A program made the translations under genes and the position numbers. The notes beneath the pieces were generated by a model that searched no databases, was not told where the DNA came from, and saw nothing but the letters and a program-made list of their open reading frames with translations. This document shows positions 52,046 through 62,750 of a stretch of 64,000 nt of DNA, one piece after another; within the stretch, counting starts at the first letter, position 1; the number at the start of each line of letters is the position of its first letter. Location of the stretch: IMG/VR virus record IMGVR_UViG_3300037467_001303, positions 32,001 to 96,000 of that record, one strand, 5' to 3'. The stretch comes from a virus.

Positions 52046-53317
52046 ATGGCGAACAACGGCAATGTCGACCTGGGCGACCTGAGCGGCCAGGAAACTCCGT
52101 TCCTGCTCGAAGGTTCCCTGGAACCGGCATTGCCGTTGCCGCTGTTCGCGGTCGACGCCTCCGGCACGATCGGCGCCCGGCTGGACGGCTACCCGTCCGG
52201 CCTGACGCTTCCCTCCTTTGGCCTGGCCAACGCCGGCATGGCCGACGGCATGCAGTTGCCCGCCTTCGGCGCCGCCGGCACGATGGAAGCCGGCAGCACG
52301 ATCGCCGGCCGCCTGGCGATGCCCGCCTTTGGCCTGTCCGGCTCGCTGGAGCCGCCGCTGGCCCTGCCGTTCCCGCAGCTGGCCGGCACCGCCGGGGCCG
52401 GCGCCCTGATCGCAGCGCCCCTGCTGCAACTGCCCGCGCCGCAGGTCTCGGCCACCGGCGGCGGCAACGCCACCATGCAGCCCGAACCGTTCGCGCTCGC
52501 CGCGTCGGGCCTGGCCGGCACCGTGGCCAGCGCCAACGTCGCGCTGCTGCCGTTCAGGAACGGCTCGACCGCCCTGCAGGACACGAGCGCCGACGGCCAG
52601 ATCACCCTCGGCCTGCTGCAGGTCAACGCCTGGGGCGGCGCCGACGCCCTGATCGAGGGCAATGTCACCCTCGACAGGTTCGCGCTGGCCGCGACCGCCG
52701 GCACCGGCCAGACCGCCACGGCGCTGCTGACCCTGCCGCTGTTCGAGGTGGGCGCGGGCAGCCACGACGAGGCGATCGGCAACGCCACCATCGTCCTGCC
52801 GGCCTTCCAGATGGGCGGCGCCGGGGCCTTCACCCTGACGCTGACCCGCCCGCACACGGTGGCCGTGGTCCTGAACACGCGCCTGAAAGGCGTGGTGCGC
52901 TACGACGGCGTGGCCGCCAACAGCTTCGCCCAGTTCGCCAGCATGCAGCTGGCCGCCACCAGTGACGGCATCGTGGCCCTGATGGGCGACACCGACCTGG
53001 GCGCACCGATCGCGGCCTCGATCGTCTCCGGCACCAGCGACCTGTCGGTGCCGCAAAGAAAACGCATCGAGGCGGGTTATGTCGGCTACCGCTCGCAGGG
53101 CGAGATGGAAATGACGCTCATCACCGACGAGCACCACGAGTACACCTACCGCCTGGTGCCGCGCCAGATCCCGGACGCGATCCACAGCACGCGCGTCAAG
53201 TTCGGACGCGGCGTCGACGGCAACTACTGGGCCTGGAAGCTGGCCAACGTCAACGGCGGCCGGTTCGACCTGGCCAGCATGCAGCTGAACGTCAACCCGC
53301 TGGGCAGGAGCGTATGA
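52046..53317 (+). CDS. Tail structural protein with LPxF repeats
   Basis: About ten LPxF/L..G repeats followed by a globular C-terminal domain. Confidence 0.6.
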   Translation: MANNGNVDLGDLSGQETPFLLEGSLEPALPLPLFAVDASGTIGARLDGYPSGLTLPSFGLANAGMADGMQLPAFGAAGTMEAGSTIAGRLAMPAFGLSGSLEPPLALPFPQLAGTAGAGALIAAPLLQLPAPQVSATGGGNATMQPEPFALAASGLAGTVASANVALLPFRNGSTALQDTSADGQITLGLLQVNAWGGADALIEGNVTLDRFALAATAGTGQTATALLTLPLFEVGAGSHDEAIGNATIVLPAFQMGGAGAFTLTLTRPHTVAVVLNTRLKGVVRYDGVAANSFAQFASMQLAATSDGIVALMGDTDLGAPIAASIVSGTSDLSVPQRKRIEAGYVGYRSQGEMEMTLITDEHHEYTYRLVPRQIPDAIHSTRVKFGRGVDGNYWAWKLANVNGGRFDLASMQLNVNPLGRSV

Positions 53318-55341
53318 GCGAGCCGATCTACACCGGCCCGCTGCCGATCCAGATCTCGGGCAACATCGAGCTGGGCAAGACCTACGAGCGGGAAGGGCGC
53401 CGCCTGCTCGGCAAGATGCTCGCCATCAACGGCGTGGACGAACGCATCGCCGCCGGCGAGCCGGGCGGCTTCTACAAGCAGCACCAGACCATGCCCGACG
53501 GCAGCCGGCTGACGGTGACGACCAACAACGGCAGCCATGTGCTGCGCATCGACAGCCCCTACACCAGCGCGAAGCAGGAGACGCGCAGCGAGCGCCACGA
53601 GACCGGCGGCGAAGCCCCGGGCGCGACCCTGCACACCACGGCCGAAGGCGGCTACATCCCGCCCGAGGTGCCGCTGCCGGGCCTGGCCGAGCGCCAGGTC
53701 GAACCCGAGGAAGAGGAACCCAAGCGCCAGGAAACCAGCCCCTACATGTGGGTCGGCATCCGCTACCTCAATTCCGGCGTGCGCTGGTACACGCCCAGCG
53801 CCATCATGATCGAGCCGGACACCGGGCCGGAATTCGCCGACAGCGGCCTGCCGCTGCGCGGCATCATCAGCAGCCAGGACTTCTGGTCTGCCACCAACCT
53901 GTTCCTGTCCGGCGCCGGGGACGACTGGGAGATCGGGTTCGCAACCTACGGGGGCGACACCCTCGACCAGGCTGTGCAGATCATGTACGACGGCTACCGG
54001 GACCGGATCGACGACGGCAACGATCACGCCGAGACCCACATCATCCGCGGCACCCACGCGATTCCCGTCTGGATGAACGACGAGGGCATCATGGCGGTGT
54101 CGGGCAACGGCCTGCGCTGCGAGTCGCTGCCGATGCAGTGGGATTGGCCGTTCACCGGCGAGTGGATCGGCTACGACCCGCTGTCCGACACCCAGTTCGG
54201 CGACGGCGTGCGCAGCGTCGGCGACCGGCACACCACGCGCAACGAGCCGCTGCCGCTGTGGGACATCGTCTACACGCTCGACCCGGACGAGGACGAGCAG
54301 ATCGACCCCTGCGACAACCGGCCTGCGATGCAGGGCGTGCGCAAGTGCCTGGAGCGGGATTTCGGCATCCAGACCCGCGTGCTGTCGGGCGAATACATCC
54401 TGGCGCTGCACTCCTACGACCACACGCCGGAGATTGCCTCGCGCCGCGCCGGCGAGAAGATCCCGCTGTACGACACCAAGGACGACGAGGAGAGCGGCTT
54501 GAACCGCCGCAGCGAACACAGCGACTATGCCTCGTTCATGGCGCCGGTCAGCACGACCAATGGCCTGCAGATGGAAGTCGAGGTGCGGCTCGGCCGCGGC
54601 GACAGCGCGACCACGTTCCACTTCTCGACCACGATCGCCGAATCGAACGACGACCTGTACGCCAACGTGCCCTACGGCAGCGACTGGCACAGCGCCTGCA
54701 GCCCGATCGGCGGGCCGAACCCGATCGGGCCGAACTTCGCCCCCAGCTTCATCGCCATCGACGTGAACGGTTACAACGCGCGCTGGATCGGCCACGACGA
54801 GGCGAACCTGTACCCGATCCTGGGCGGCGGCGTCTATTCCTACCAGAACGACACCCGCCGATCGCTGTACATCTACTTCGGCTTCCACCCCTTTTCCCAG
54901 CCCAGCGACGAGACCTGGCCCGAGTACGCCGGGCGCGCCCTGTGGAAGGTGATGGAGGCGGCCACCGCCGGCGTGTACGGCAACGTGTTCATCAGCGACC
55001 CCGGCGGCGAAGAGGGCTGCGTGGCCGTCTTCGCGGACACCAGCAAGAACTACATCTGGCGCTACGACGCCATGGGCGGGACGGTCGAGCCGGTCCCCCA
55101 CCTCGGTTCGATGGACGACTACCAGTACGACTGGATCGAGGACCCGACCTATGAAGAGGGCGGGTTCTGGAGTCCCTACGTGCGCGAACTGGCCTGGTAC
55201 TACCCGTACAAGTACATCGAACGGGACGCCTGCAACCAAAGCATCGGCGTCTCGGTCTGGGCCACCTACGACAATTACACCATTGCCACCGGCACCTCGG
55301 TCTACTTCGACGACCCGCCGTCCACTTCCGACTGCTGCTGA
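53314..55341 (+). CDS. Acidic tail-associated hypothetical protein
   Basis: 675-aa coupled ORF rich in D, Y and W. Confidence 0.6.
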   Translation: MSEPIYTGPLPIQISGNIELGKTYEREGRRLLGKMLAINGVDERIAAGEPGGFYKQHQTMPDGSRLTVTTNNGSHVLRIDSPYTSAKQETRSERHETGGEAPGATLHTTAEGGYIPPEVPLPGLAERQVEPEEEEPKRQETSPYMWVGIRYLNSGVRWYTPSAIMIEPDTGPEFADSGLPLRGIISSQDFWSATNLFLSGAGDDWEIGFATYGGDTLDQAVQIMYDGYRDRIDDGNDHAETHIIRGTHAIPVWMNDEGIMAVSGNGLRCESLPMQWDWPFTGEWIGYDPLSDTQFGDGVRSVGDRHTTRNEPLPLWDIVYTLDPDEDEQIDPCDNRPAMQGVRKCLERDFGIQTRVLSGEYILALHSYDHTPEIASRRAGEKIPLYDTKDDEESGLNRRSEHSDYASFMAPVSTTNGLQMEVEVRLGRGDSATTFHFSTTIAESNDDLYANVPYGSDWHSACSPIGGPNPIGPNFAPSFIAIDVNGYNARWIGHDEANLYPILGGGVYSYQNDTRRSLYIYFGFHPFSQPSDETWPEYAGRALWKVMEAATAGVYGNVFISDPGGEEGCVAVFADTSKNYIWRYDAMGGTVEPVPHLGSMDDYQYDWIEDPTYEEGGFWSPYVRELAWYYPYKYIERDACNQSIGVSVWATYDNYTIATGTSVYFDDPPSTSDCC

Positions 55342-55353
55342 CAAGGAACCATC

Positions 55354-57675
55354 ATGAGCTGCTCATTCTCTGTCAACTTTTCCCAGCTGCCGGCCGCGCC
55401 GGCGCCGCCGCCGATCCCGGACCTGCCGGCCCTGCCGCCCCTGCCCGACCTGTCCTTGATCGAGCCGTTCGAGCCGCTCCCGGCGCCGACCGACCTGCCC
55501 GACGCGCCCACTGCGCCGACCCTGCCGGACTACCAGCTGCAGCCGATCCCCGATGCAAACTGGGGCACCGGCGATGCCCCCGGCGTCGTGGCGAATGTGA
55601 TGACGAGCACTGGCCGACTGGCCTCGGTGAGCATGTCGGCCGCGATGACCTATCTGGTGTCGCTGGCGGACCTGGCCAACGGGTTCACGCCGATCACGGC
55701 GCCATTGCACCCCGGCACCGATGTCGACCTGCCGGACGCGGTCGAAGCACCAGCCGGGTTCGACCTGGCCCCGGCGTTCCCGCCGCTGCCCGAGGCCCCG
55801 GCAACCGCCACGCCGACCCCGTTCGTGATGCCCGAGGTGCCCGCCTACGACGCCGGCGAGCTGACCCTGGCCGACCTGGCGCTGCCCGACCCGGCAACGA
55901 TCCTGTTGCCGGCCGCCCCGGACCTGCTGCCGGTCTCGGCGCCGCCGCCGCCCGACTTCATCCTGCCACCCGCGCCGACGCTGGCCGAGCTGGTCATCCC
56001 CGACCCGCCGGTGCTCACCCTGCCGCTGTTCGAGGCCGAGCTGGGCGCGCGCCCGGACCTGCCGACGGTCGCATTCGCCTACGATGAGGTGGCCTACCAG
56101 TCCCAGCTGCTCACCGAAATGACCTCGGCGCTGGCCGGCCTCATCATGGACGAGCACGCCACCGGCCTGCGCCCCGATGTCGAAGAGGCCATCTGGAGCC
56201 GCGCCGCCTCCCGCGAAGCCCGCCTGACCGCGCGCGCCACCGGCGAAGCGGCGCGCGTGCTGCAGGCGCGCGGGTTCGCCATGCCGGCCGCGACCCTGGA
56301 CCGCATGGTGCAGCAGGCGCTGTCCGGCGGCCTGACCCGCGCCAGCGGCTTTGCCCGCGCCGTCGCCGTCGAGCGCGCCCAGCTGGCCCAGCAGAACCTG
56401 CGCTTCGCGCTGGAGAGCACGATCGCGCTGGAGTCGCGCCTGATCGACAAGCACAACGCCACCCAGGCCCGCGCGCTGGACGCGGCCAAGGCCATGCTGG
56501 CCCACGAGATCGCCATCTTCAACGCCCAGGTCAAACTGATGCAGGCCGACGTGGCCGCGTTCGCCATGAAGGCCGAGGTGTTCAAGGTCCGGCTCACCAG
56601 CGCCCTCGCGCAAATCTCGGTGTTCCGCGCCCAGATCGAGGCCCAGATCGCGCGCGGCGAGGTCAACGCCCAGAAAATCGCCATCTACCAGGCCCAGATC
56701 GGCGGCGTGCGCGTGATCGCCGACACCTACCGCAGCCAGGTCGAGGCGGCGCGCGAACTGACCGACGCCAACAAGGCGCGCGCCGACCAGTACCAGGCCC
56801 GGATCTCGGCGTACCAGGCCGAAGTGACGGCCAAGCAGAGCGAGTACGAGGCCTTCGGCGGCGCCGTGCGCGCCCAGGTCGAACGCGCCCACATGTTCGA
56901 GAAGCAGGTGGCCAGCTACCGTTCCAAGGTCGGCGCGTTCGACGCCCTGGTGAAAGCCAAGGTCGGGGTGCTGGACCTGCAGCTCAAGCAGACCGGCGAC
57001 TACCCGCTGGAGATGTTTCGCGCCAGGATCGACGCCTACCGCGGCGCCAGCGAAGCGACCGTCGAGCAGCTGCGCTCGTCCGCCAGCGTGTACGGCGCCA
57101 AGATCCGCGCCTATGTCGCGTCCGAGTCGGTCAAGACCGAGCTGGCCGACGCCAAGGTACGGGTGGCCCAGGCCAACGCCGAGCGGGCGCTGGCCGACGC
57201 GACTGCGCTGCTCGACGCCGGCCGCGCCAACCTGGCCAGCGCCGAAGCCTACGCCGCGACGGTCCAGAACAACGTGCGCACCGCCGGCCAGCTCGCAGGC
57301 CAGATCGCGGCGGCCGCCGTTGCCGCCCAGAGCGTGCACGCCTCGATCTCCGAGAGCGGCAGCATGGGCGTGTCGAACAGCCACGGCGAATCGAGCAGCC
57401 ACTCGGACAGCCAGGCCGCCGTCAACTCGACCAGCACCAGCAGCAGCCTCAACACCAGCTTCACGCAGATCTCGGGCAGCACCTCCAACAACGTGGTCTC
57501 CAACAGCTCCGGGCGCCACCGCAACAAGGGCACGAGCAAGTCCGAATCCGTCGCCTACAGCAACACCACCGGCAATTCGATGACCTCGCACTTCACCAAC
57601 TCGATCACGTCGAGCCTGTCCGACAACTTCTCGGAGTCGAGGGAGTGCATCGACCGCACCGTCCACTCCGACTGA
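55354..57675 (+). CDS. Virion protein (Pro-rich, coiled coil, Ser-rich tail), paralog 1
   Basis: Domain composition shared with the next gene. Confidence 0.65.
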   Translation: MSCSFSVNFSQLPAAPAPPPIPDLPALPPLPDLSLIEPFEPLPAPTDLPDAPTAPTLPDYQLQPIPDANWGTGDAPGVVANVMTSTGRLASVSMSAAMTYLVSLADLANGFTPITAPLHPGTDVDLPDAVEAPAGFDLAPAFPPLPEAPATATPTPFVMPEVPAYDAGELTLADLALPDPATILLPAAPDLLPVSAPPPPDFILPPAPTLAELVIPDPPVLTLPLFEAELGARPDLPTVAFAYDEVAYQSQLLTEMTSALAGLIMDEHATGLRPDVEEAIWSRAASREARLTARATGEAARVLQARGFAMPAATLDRMVQQALSGGLTRASGFARAVAVERAQLAQQNLRFALESTIALESRLIDKHNATQARALDAAKAMLAHEIAIFNAQVKLMQADVAAFAMKAEVFKVRLTSALAQISVFRAQIEAQIARGEVNAQKIAIYQAQIGGVRVIADTYRSQVEAARELTDANKARADQYQARISAYQAEVTAKQSEYEAFGGAVRAQVERAHMFEKQVASYRSKVGAFDALVKAKVGVLDLQLKQTGDYPLEMFRARIDAYRGASEATVEQLRSSASVYGAKIRAYVASESVKTELADAKVRVAQANAERALADATALLDAGRANLASAEAYAATVQNNVRTAGQLAGQIAAAAVAAQSVHASISESGSMGVSNSHGESSSHSDSQAAVNSTSTSSSLNTSFTQISGSTSNNVVSNSSGRHRNKGTSKSESVAYSNTTGNSMTSHFTNSITSSLSDNFSESRECIDRTVHSD

Positions 57676-57685
57676 AGGGCGCACC

Positions 57686-59818
57686 ATGACCAACGTTCCA
57701 GAACCGACCGAGATCAAGCTTGCGAGCGGGCTTGTCACCACCGTCCTGGGCGAGTCGCAGGCGCTGGCCAACCTGGCGCAGACCGGCGGCATCGCCGCGA
57801 TCGAGGCGCTGGCCACGCTCGACATCGAGATCCCGCCGATCGTTCCGCCCGACATCGACATCCCGGCGATCGCCGTGGCGCCGTCCGCCGCACTGCCGCA
57901 GGAGCCGGCCCTGGCGCTGCAGATGCCGGAGCTGCCGCAGGCGCCGGACGCGCCGGCCGCCGCCAGCCTGGACGTGGGCACGCCGCCCGCCTACGACCTG
58001 GTGCCGCCGCTTCTCATCGACGTGCCGCTGCCCGACCCGTTCGATGCGCTGGTGCCCGACGCGCCGGTGCTCGACGACGTGCAGGCGCCGGTCGAACCGG
58101 ATTTCACCCTGCCGGCCGTGCCCGACCTGGTGTCCCTGAACCTGCCCGACGCGCCCACCTACGAGGTGCCGACCTTCGCCGGCGAGGCGCCGACCGCGCC
58201 CATGGTGCCGGACCTGCAGTTCACCTGGAACGAAATCGAGTACCACAGCGAGCTGCTGGCCAGCGTCAACAACCGCCTGCTGACGTTCGTGCAGGGCGGG
58301 TTCTCGGCGCTGCCCGAGGAGGTCGAGCAGCGGATCTGGGACAAGGCCGTCGACGACGAGGTGGCCGCCACCTGGAGCGCGACCGACGCCGCAGCCCAGC
58401 AGGTCGCCGCGCGCGGTTTCAATTTGCCCGGCGGGGAACTGCTGCGCCTGGTGCAGGCGGCGCTGGACGCCGGCCTGAAACAGGACGTGCAGGCCAGCCG
58501 CGAGACCATGGTGGCGCAGGCCCGCATGCAGCAGGCCAATTTCGCCTTCGCGTTCTCGAACGCGATGCAGCTGGAAACCCAGCTCATCAACCTGTTCAAC
58601 CAGGTCCGGCAGCGCGCGCTCGACGCCGCGAAATACCGCGTCGAGTCAAGCATGCAGCTGTTCGATGCGCGGGTGATGCTGTACCAGGCGGACGTGCAGG
58701 CCTTCGGCGCCAAGGCCGAGGTGTTCAAGGCCCGCCTGCAGGCGGTGCTGGCCCAGCTCGACGTGTACAAGGCCGAGCTGGAAGCGGTGAAGGCACGCGG
58801 CCAGCTCAACCTCCAGCTGGCCCAGCAGTATGCGGCCCAGGTCGACAGCCTGAAAGTGATCGCCGACGTGTACCGCGCGCGCGTGTCCGCCGTCAGCCTG
58901 GCCGTGGCCAACAACAAGAACCGCACCGAACTGTATAAAAGCGCGATCGACGGCGCCGCCGCGCAGGCCAAGGGCGCCGCCCTGGCCGTGCAGGGCTACC
59001 TGGCCCAGGTACAGCAGGAATCCGGCAAGGCCGACCTGTTCGCCGCCCGCGTGGCCGGGTACGCCAGCCAGGTCGAGGCGTTCCGGGTACTGGCCGACGG
59101 CAAGCTGTCCGAAGCGGGCATGAATTTCCGCCAGCTGCAGCAGTTCCCGCTGGAACTCTACAAGAGCCAGATCGCGGCCGCGCAGGCCGCGACCCGCGCC
59201 GAGAGCACGCGCCTGAGCGCGACCGCCGAGCTGTTCAACAGCCGGGTCGACGCCTATGCGGCCCAGCAGCGCGTGATCAACAAGCAGGCCACCACCAAGG
59301 GCGAGGTCGAGAACCTGGAAACCCGTGTCTACGCCAGCCGCGCCCAGCTGGCCATCAATGCCGCCTCGATCACCCAGCGCCTGGAGCAGGCGCGCACCGA
59401 TACCGCCCAGGCCTCGCTGCGCGCCGCGGCGCAGCTGTCGTCGCAGCTGGCCTCGGCCGCGATGAGTGCGCGCAACGTCTCGGCCTCGATGTCGGGCAGC
59501 GTCAGCAATTCGGGCAGCTACAGCGTCTCGAACACCACTGCCAAGTCGACCAGCAACAGCAGCTCGATCTCGGTCTCGAACGCGACCAACTTCTCGGCCG
59601 GGACCTCGGACACCCGCGGCGGCGTGTCCAGCTACAACACCAGCCAGACCTACAGCGACAACGAGACCGTCAGCGAGTCGGTCAACCACTCCACCTCCGA
59701 AGTGGTCTCGCACTCGTCGATGTACGACAGCCGCGTCGACAACCGCAATACCCGCTCGTACGGCGTCAGCAAGCGCAACGAAGCGACCACGCAGGACATC
59801 TACAACCACAAAGCGTAA
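57686..59818 (+). CDS. Virion protein (Pro-rich, coiled coil, Ser-rich tail), paralog 2
   Basis: Shares VE..IW..A, ARGF..P and QADV.AF..KAEVFK.RL with paralog 1. Confidence 0.65.
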   Translation: MTNVPEPTEIKLASGLVTTVLGESQALANLAQTGGIAAIEALATLDIEIPPIVPPDIDIPAIAVAPSAALPQEPALALQMPELPQAPDAPAAASLDVGTPPAYDLVPPLLIDVPLPDPFDALVPDAPVLDDVQAPVEPDFTLPAVPDLVSLNLPDAPTYEVPTFAGEAPTAPMVPDLQFTWNEIEYHSELLASVNNRLLTFVQGGFSALPEEVEQRIWDKAVDDEVAATWSATDAAAQQVAARGFNLPGGELLRLVQAALDAGLKQDVQASRETMVAQARMQQANFAFAFSNAMQLETQLINLFNQVRQRALDAAKYRVESSMQLFDARVMLYQADVQAFGAKAEVFKARLQAVLAQLDVYKAELEAVKARGQLNLQLAQQYAAQVDSLKVIADVYRARVSAVSLAVANNKNRTELYKSAIDGAAAQAKGAALAVQGYLAQVQQESGKADLFAARVAGYASQVEAFRVLADGKLSEAGMNFRQLQQFPLELYKSQIAAAQAATRAESTRLSATAELFNSRVDAYAAQQRVINKQATTKGEVENLETRVYASRAQLAINAASITQRLEQARTDTAQASLRAAAQLSSQLASAAMSARNVSASMSGSVSNSGSYSVSNTTAKSTSNSSSISVSNATNFSAGTSDTRGGVSSYNTSQTYSDNETVSESVNHSTSEVVSHSSMYDSRVDNRNTRSYGVSKRNEATTQDIYNHKA

Positions 59819-59834
59819 CCCGAGGACCACGACC

Positions 59835-62747
59835 ATGCCGAATCCCGACGACCTGCTCGAACCCACCAGCCAGCAGCCGAATTTGCGTCAGCGCATCGCG
59901 GACGCCGCGCCGCAGCAGCAGGCCCAGGCGCGTGCCGTGGCCGACCGCCTCAAGCCGCCCACGCTCACCGATGTCGTCCGCCCGGGCAACGTCAACCCGG
60001 CGCTGCGCGACGACCTGGCGAAGACTTCGCTGAACGCGCAGGCCGACGCGAAAGCCGTGCAGGCCCGCCTGAACGGCAACGCCGCCGCCCCGGCCGCCGA
60101 GCCGGCCGCCTCGCCGCTGCGCGAGCGCCTGCAGGCGCGCGCCAGCGCGGCCCCGAGCGCGGCCGACCAGGCCCTGCGCCAGCGCATGGGAGGCGGTATC
60201 GCCCAGGCCGCCCAGCAGGCCGCTGGCGCGCCGCCGCAGCTGCCGGCCCCGGCCAGCCCGGCGCCCGCCGCTGCCGCGCCGTCGCCGGCCAGCATCCGCG
60301 TCGATGGCGCCGGCAATGCCGCCGCGCCCGGCGCGCCGCGCACCACCATGCCGGTGGCGCAGGGTCCGGCAGCGGTCCCGCCCAGCAGCTCGCGCGCGCT
60401 CGTGCCGGCCAGCACCCCGCGCCCCGGCGTCATGGTGCCGTCCGGCCCCGGCGCCACGCCGCCCAGCGCTTCGCGCGCGATGGTCCCTGCAGGTCCTGGC
60501 GCCACGCCCCCGGCCGCCGATCCGGCCGCCGTACCGAAGGCGCCGTACAGCAAGCCAGGCGCGCCGCCGGTGCGCCCTGGCGTCTCCGTCGTCAACGGCG
60601 CGGGTGACGCCACGGTGCCGAACCCGGGCCTGCGCGACCGCATCACCGTCAACGCCAACCAGGCGCAGGCCGACCTGAAAGCCGCCGCCGACCGCATGGC
60701 CGCGCACCCGACCAACGTCGGACCGCAAAACCCGAACGTGGCCAGCCTGCGCCAGAGCGTGGGCCTGCACCCGGTGCCGCCGGGCGCGGCCGGCGCCGCC
60801 GAACCGGGCGTGATCGGCAAGTACGCCGGCAAGATCCTCGGCTCGGGCGAAGACTGGGCCGCGCTGGGCAACAAGCTCAAGCCGGCCGGCATGAAACTGC
60901 TGAAAGCGACCGGCGCCCTGGCCATCGGCGACGGCGCCTACAACGCCTACGAGGGCATCCGCCAGGGCGACCTGGGCCGCGCCGCATGGGGTGTCGGTGA
61001 CGCCATCGCCGGCGTGGCCAGCTTCACCCCGGCCAAGCCGATCGCCGCCGCCTACCTGGGCGGCCGCGCCGCCTACGAGATCGGCCACGCGGCCAGCGAG
61101 GCCTTCGGCAGCGGCAAGAAACCGGCCGCCCCGGCCGCCGGGCCTGCCGCCAAGCCCGCCGCCGCCCCGGCCGCGGCACCCGCCGCCAAGCCCGCCGCCG
61201 CCCCGGCCGAGAAGCCGGCCGCGAAACCGGCGGCCGCCGCTCCGGCCCCGGCCATGGCCCAGCCGCGCCCGGACTACAGCAGCATGGCTGCCGCCGCGCG
61301 CGACGAGGCCCTGGGCGCGATCGACAACGAGGAAGCGTCCGACCCGCGCGCCGCCTACTACCAGACGGTCGACCACAACACCGGCACCACCACCTACGAC
61401 ACGCGCGACCGTGGCCAGATCGTGGTCAAGGATGGCGTGCCGCTCAGCGAGGACGACCAGAAGCGCGTCGACGCCTTCACCGCCCGCCAGCAGCAGCGCG
61501 ACGGCATCCACGAGCGCTACCAGCAGATGCTGGCCCAGCTGCAGGGAGAAGAGGAAGCCGGCGGTCCGGTGGCCGAGGCCGCCCGCGCCAGCGCCGGCGG
61601 TGGCGGCAACGCCAATGTCGCCGCCTTCGTGCAGCAGTACGGCGAAGCGGCCAAGGCCGCCGGCGACAAGCTCGGCGTCGACCCGAACCTGCTCCTGACC
61701 CAGTGGGGCCACGAGACGGGCTGGGGCAAGAGCGTGATCCCGGGCACCAACAACCTCGGCAACATCAAGGCCGTCAAGGGCCAGGCCGGCGTGGCCGCGA
61801 CCGACAACATGACCGGCTCGCGCGACCAGTACGCCCAGTACGCCAGCCCGCACGAGTTCGCCGACCAGTACGTGAACCTGGTCAACAGCCGCTATCCGGG
61901 CGCCGTCGGCGCCGGCAGCGACATGGGCAAGTTCGCCACCGCCCTGAAGGCCGGCGGCTATGCCGAGGACCCGGCCTACGTCAACAAGCTGCAGGCCGCC
62001 TATAAGACCGTGCTCGGCGCGGCCGGCGGCGCCCCGGCGCAGGCCCCGGCGGCCGCCGGTCCGCTGCCCTACGCGCGCGACCCGCTGGCCGGCGCCATCC
62101 CGGTGATGGACATGGCCAACGGCCGCACCTCCGTCACCATGCCCGGCATGGGAGAAGTGCGCGACGGCATCACGATGGACGCCTACAACGCCGCCCGCAC
62201 CGCGCTGAAGAACAACCCGTCGCTGGCGCAGCGCATGACGATCACCGACCAGGGTCCGGCCGTCGACGGCGTGCTGATGCCGCTGAATGTGTTGCTGGCA
62301 GGCGACGGTGCGATGGCGAAGTACGCGCGCAACGCCGAACAGGCCCAGCGCTTCGCCGCCAACCCGACCGCCGGCAAGCTGGCCGAGACCGCGCTGGCGG
62401 GCGAGTACGCCAGCCGCAACCAGGAGACCCAGGCCGGCGCCACCCGCTACACGGCCGACCAGCACCTCGAAGCGGCGAAGGTCGGCGCCTCGGCCGGCAA
62501 CAAGCGCTACATCGAAATGAAGGGTGGTGTCAACCCGAAGACCTACACCCCCGAACCCGATATGGTGTTCGACACGCAATCGGGGCAGTACGTGCAGCGC
62601 CCGGGTGCGGGCGCCGCGCCGCAGCAGGGACAGCCGCAGATCCCGCCGGCGGCGATCGACATGCTCAGGAAACAGCCGCAAACCGCAGCCCAATTCGACG
62701 CCCAGTTCGGCGCCGGCGCCTCCAAGCGCTACCTGCAAGGGAACTAA
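59835..62747 (+). CDS. Ejection/internal virion protein with GH73 (FlgJ-like) muramidase
   Basis: LTQWGHETGWGKS...NNLGNIKA...RY...GYAEDPAY; Ala/Pro-rich linkers. Confidence 0.8.
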   Translation: MPNPDDLLEPTSQQPNLRQRIADAAPQQQAQARAVADRLKPPTLTDVVRPGNVNPALRDDLAKTSLNAQADAKAVQARLNGNAAAPAAEPAASPLRERLQARASAAPSAADQALRQRMGGGIAQAAQQAAGAPPQLPAPASPAPAAAAPSPASIRVDGAGNAAAPGAPRTTMPVAQGPAAVPPSSSRALVPASTPRPGVMVPSGPGATPPSASRAMVPAGPGATPPAADPAAVPKAPYSKPGAPPVRPGVSVVNGAGDATVPNPGLRDRITVNANQAQADLKAAADRMAAHPTNVGPQNPNVASLRQSVGLHPVPPGAAGAAEPGVIGKYAGKILGSGEDWAALGNKLKPAGMKLLKATGALAIGDGAYNAYEGIRQGDLGRAAWGVGDAIAGVASFTPAKPIAAAYLGGRAAYEIGHAASEAFGSGKKPAAPAAGPAAKPAAAPAAAPAAKPAAAPAEKPAAKPAAAAPAPAMAQPRPDYSSMAAAARDEALGAIDNEEASDPRAAYYQTVDHNTGTTTYDTRDRGQIVVKDGVPLSEDDQKRVDAFTARQQQRDGIHERYQQMLAQLQGEEEAGGPVAEAARASAGGGGNANVAAFVQQYGEAAKAAGDKLGVDPNLLLTQWGHETGWGKSVIPGTNNLGNIKAVKGQAGVAATDNMTGSRDQYAQYASPHEFADQYVNLVNSRYPGAVGAGSDMGKFATALKAGGYAEDPAYVNKLQAAYKTVLGAAGGAPAQAPAAAGPLPYARDPLAGAIPVMDMANGRTSVTMPGMGEVRDGITMDAYNAARTALKNNPSLAQRMTITDQGPAVDGVLMPLNVLLAGDGAMAKYARNAEQAQRFAANPTAGKLAETALAGEYASRNQETQAGATRYTADQHLEAAKVGASAGNKRYIEMKGGVNPKTYTPEPDMVFDTQSGQYVQRPGAGAAPQQGQPQIPPAAIDMLRKQPQTAAQFDAQFGAGASKRYLQGN

Positions 62748-62750
62748 GCC

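Noticed and set aside
61115-61255. Tandem GC-rich DNA repeats
   Set aside because: Encode a KPAA/PAAA low-complexity linker inside the ejection protein.
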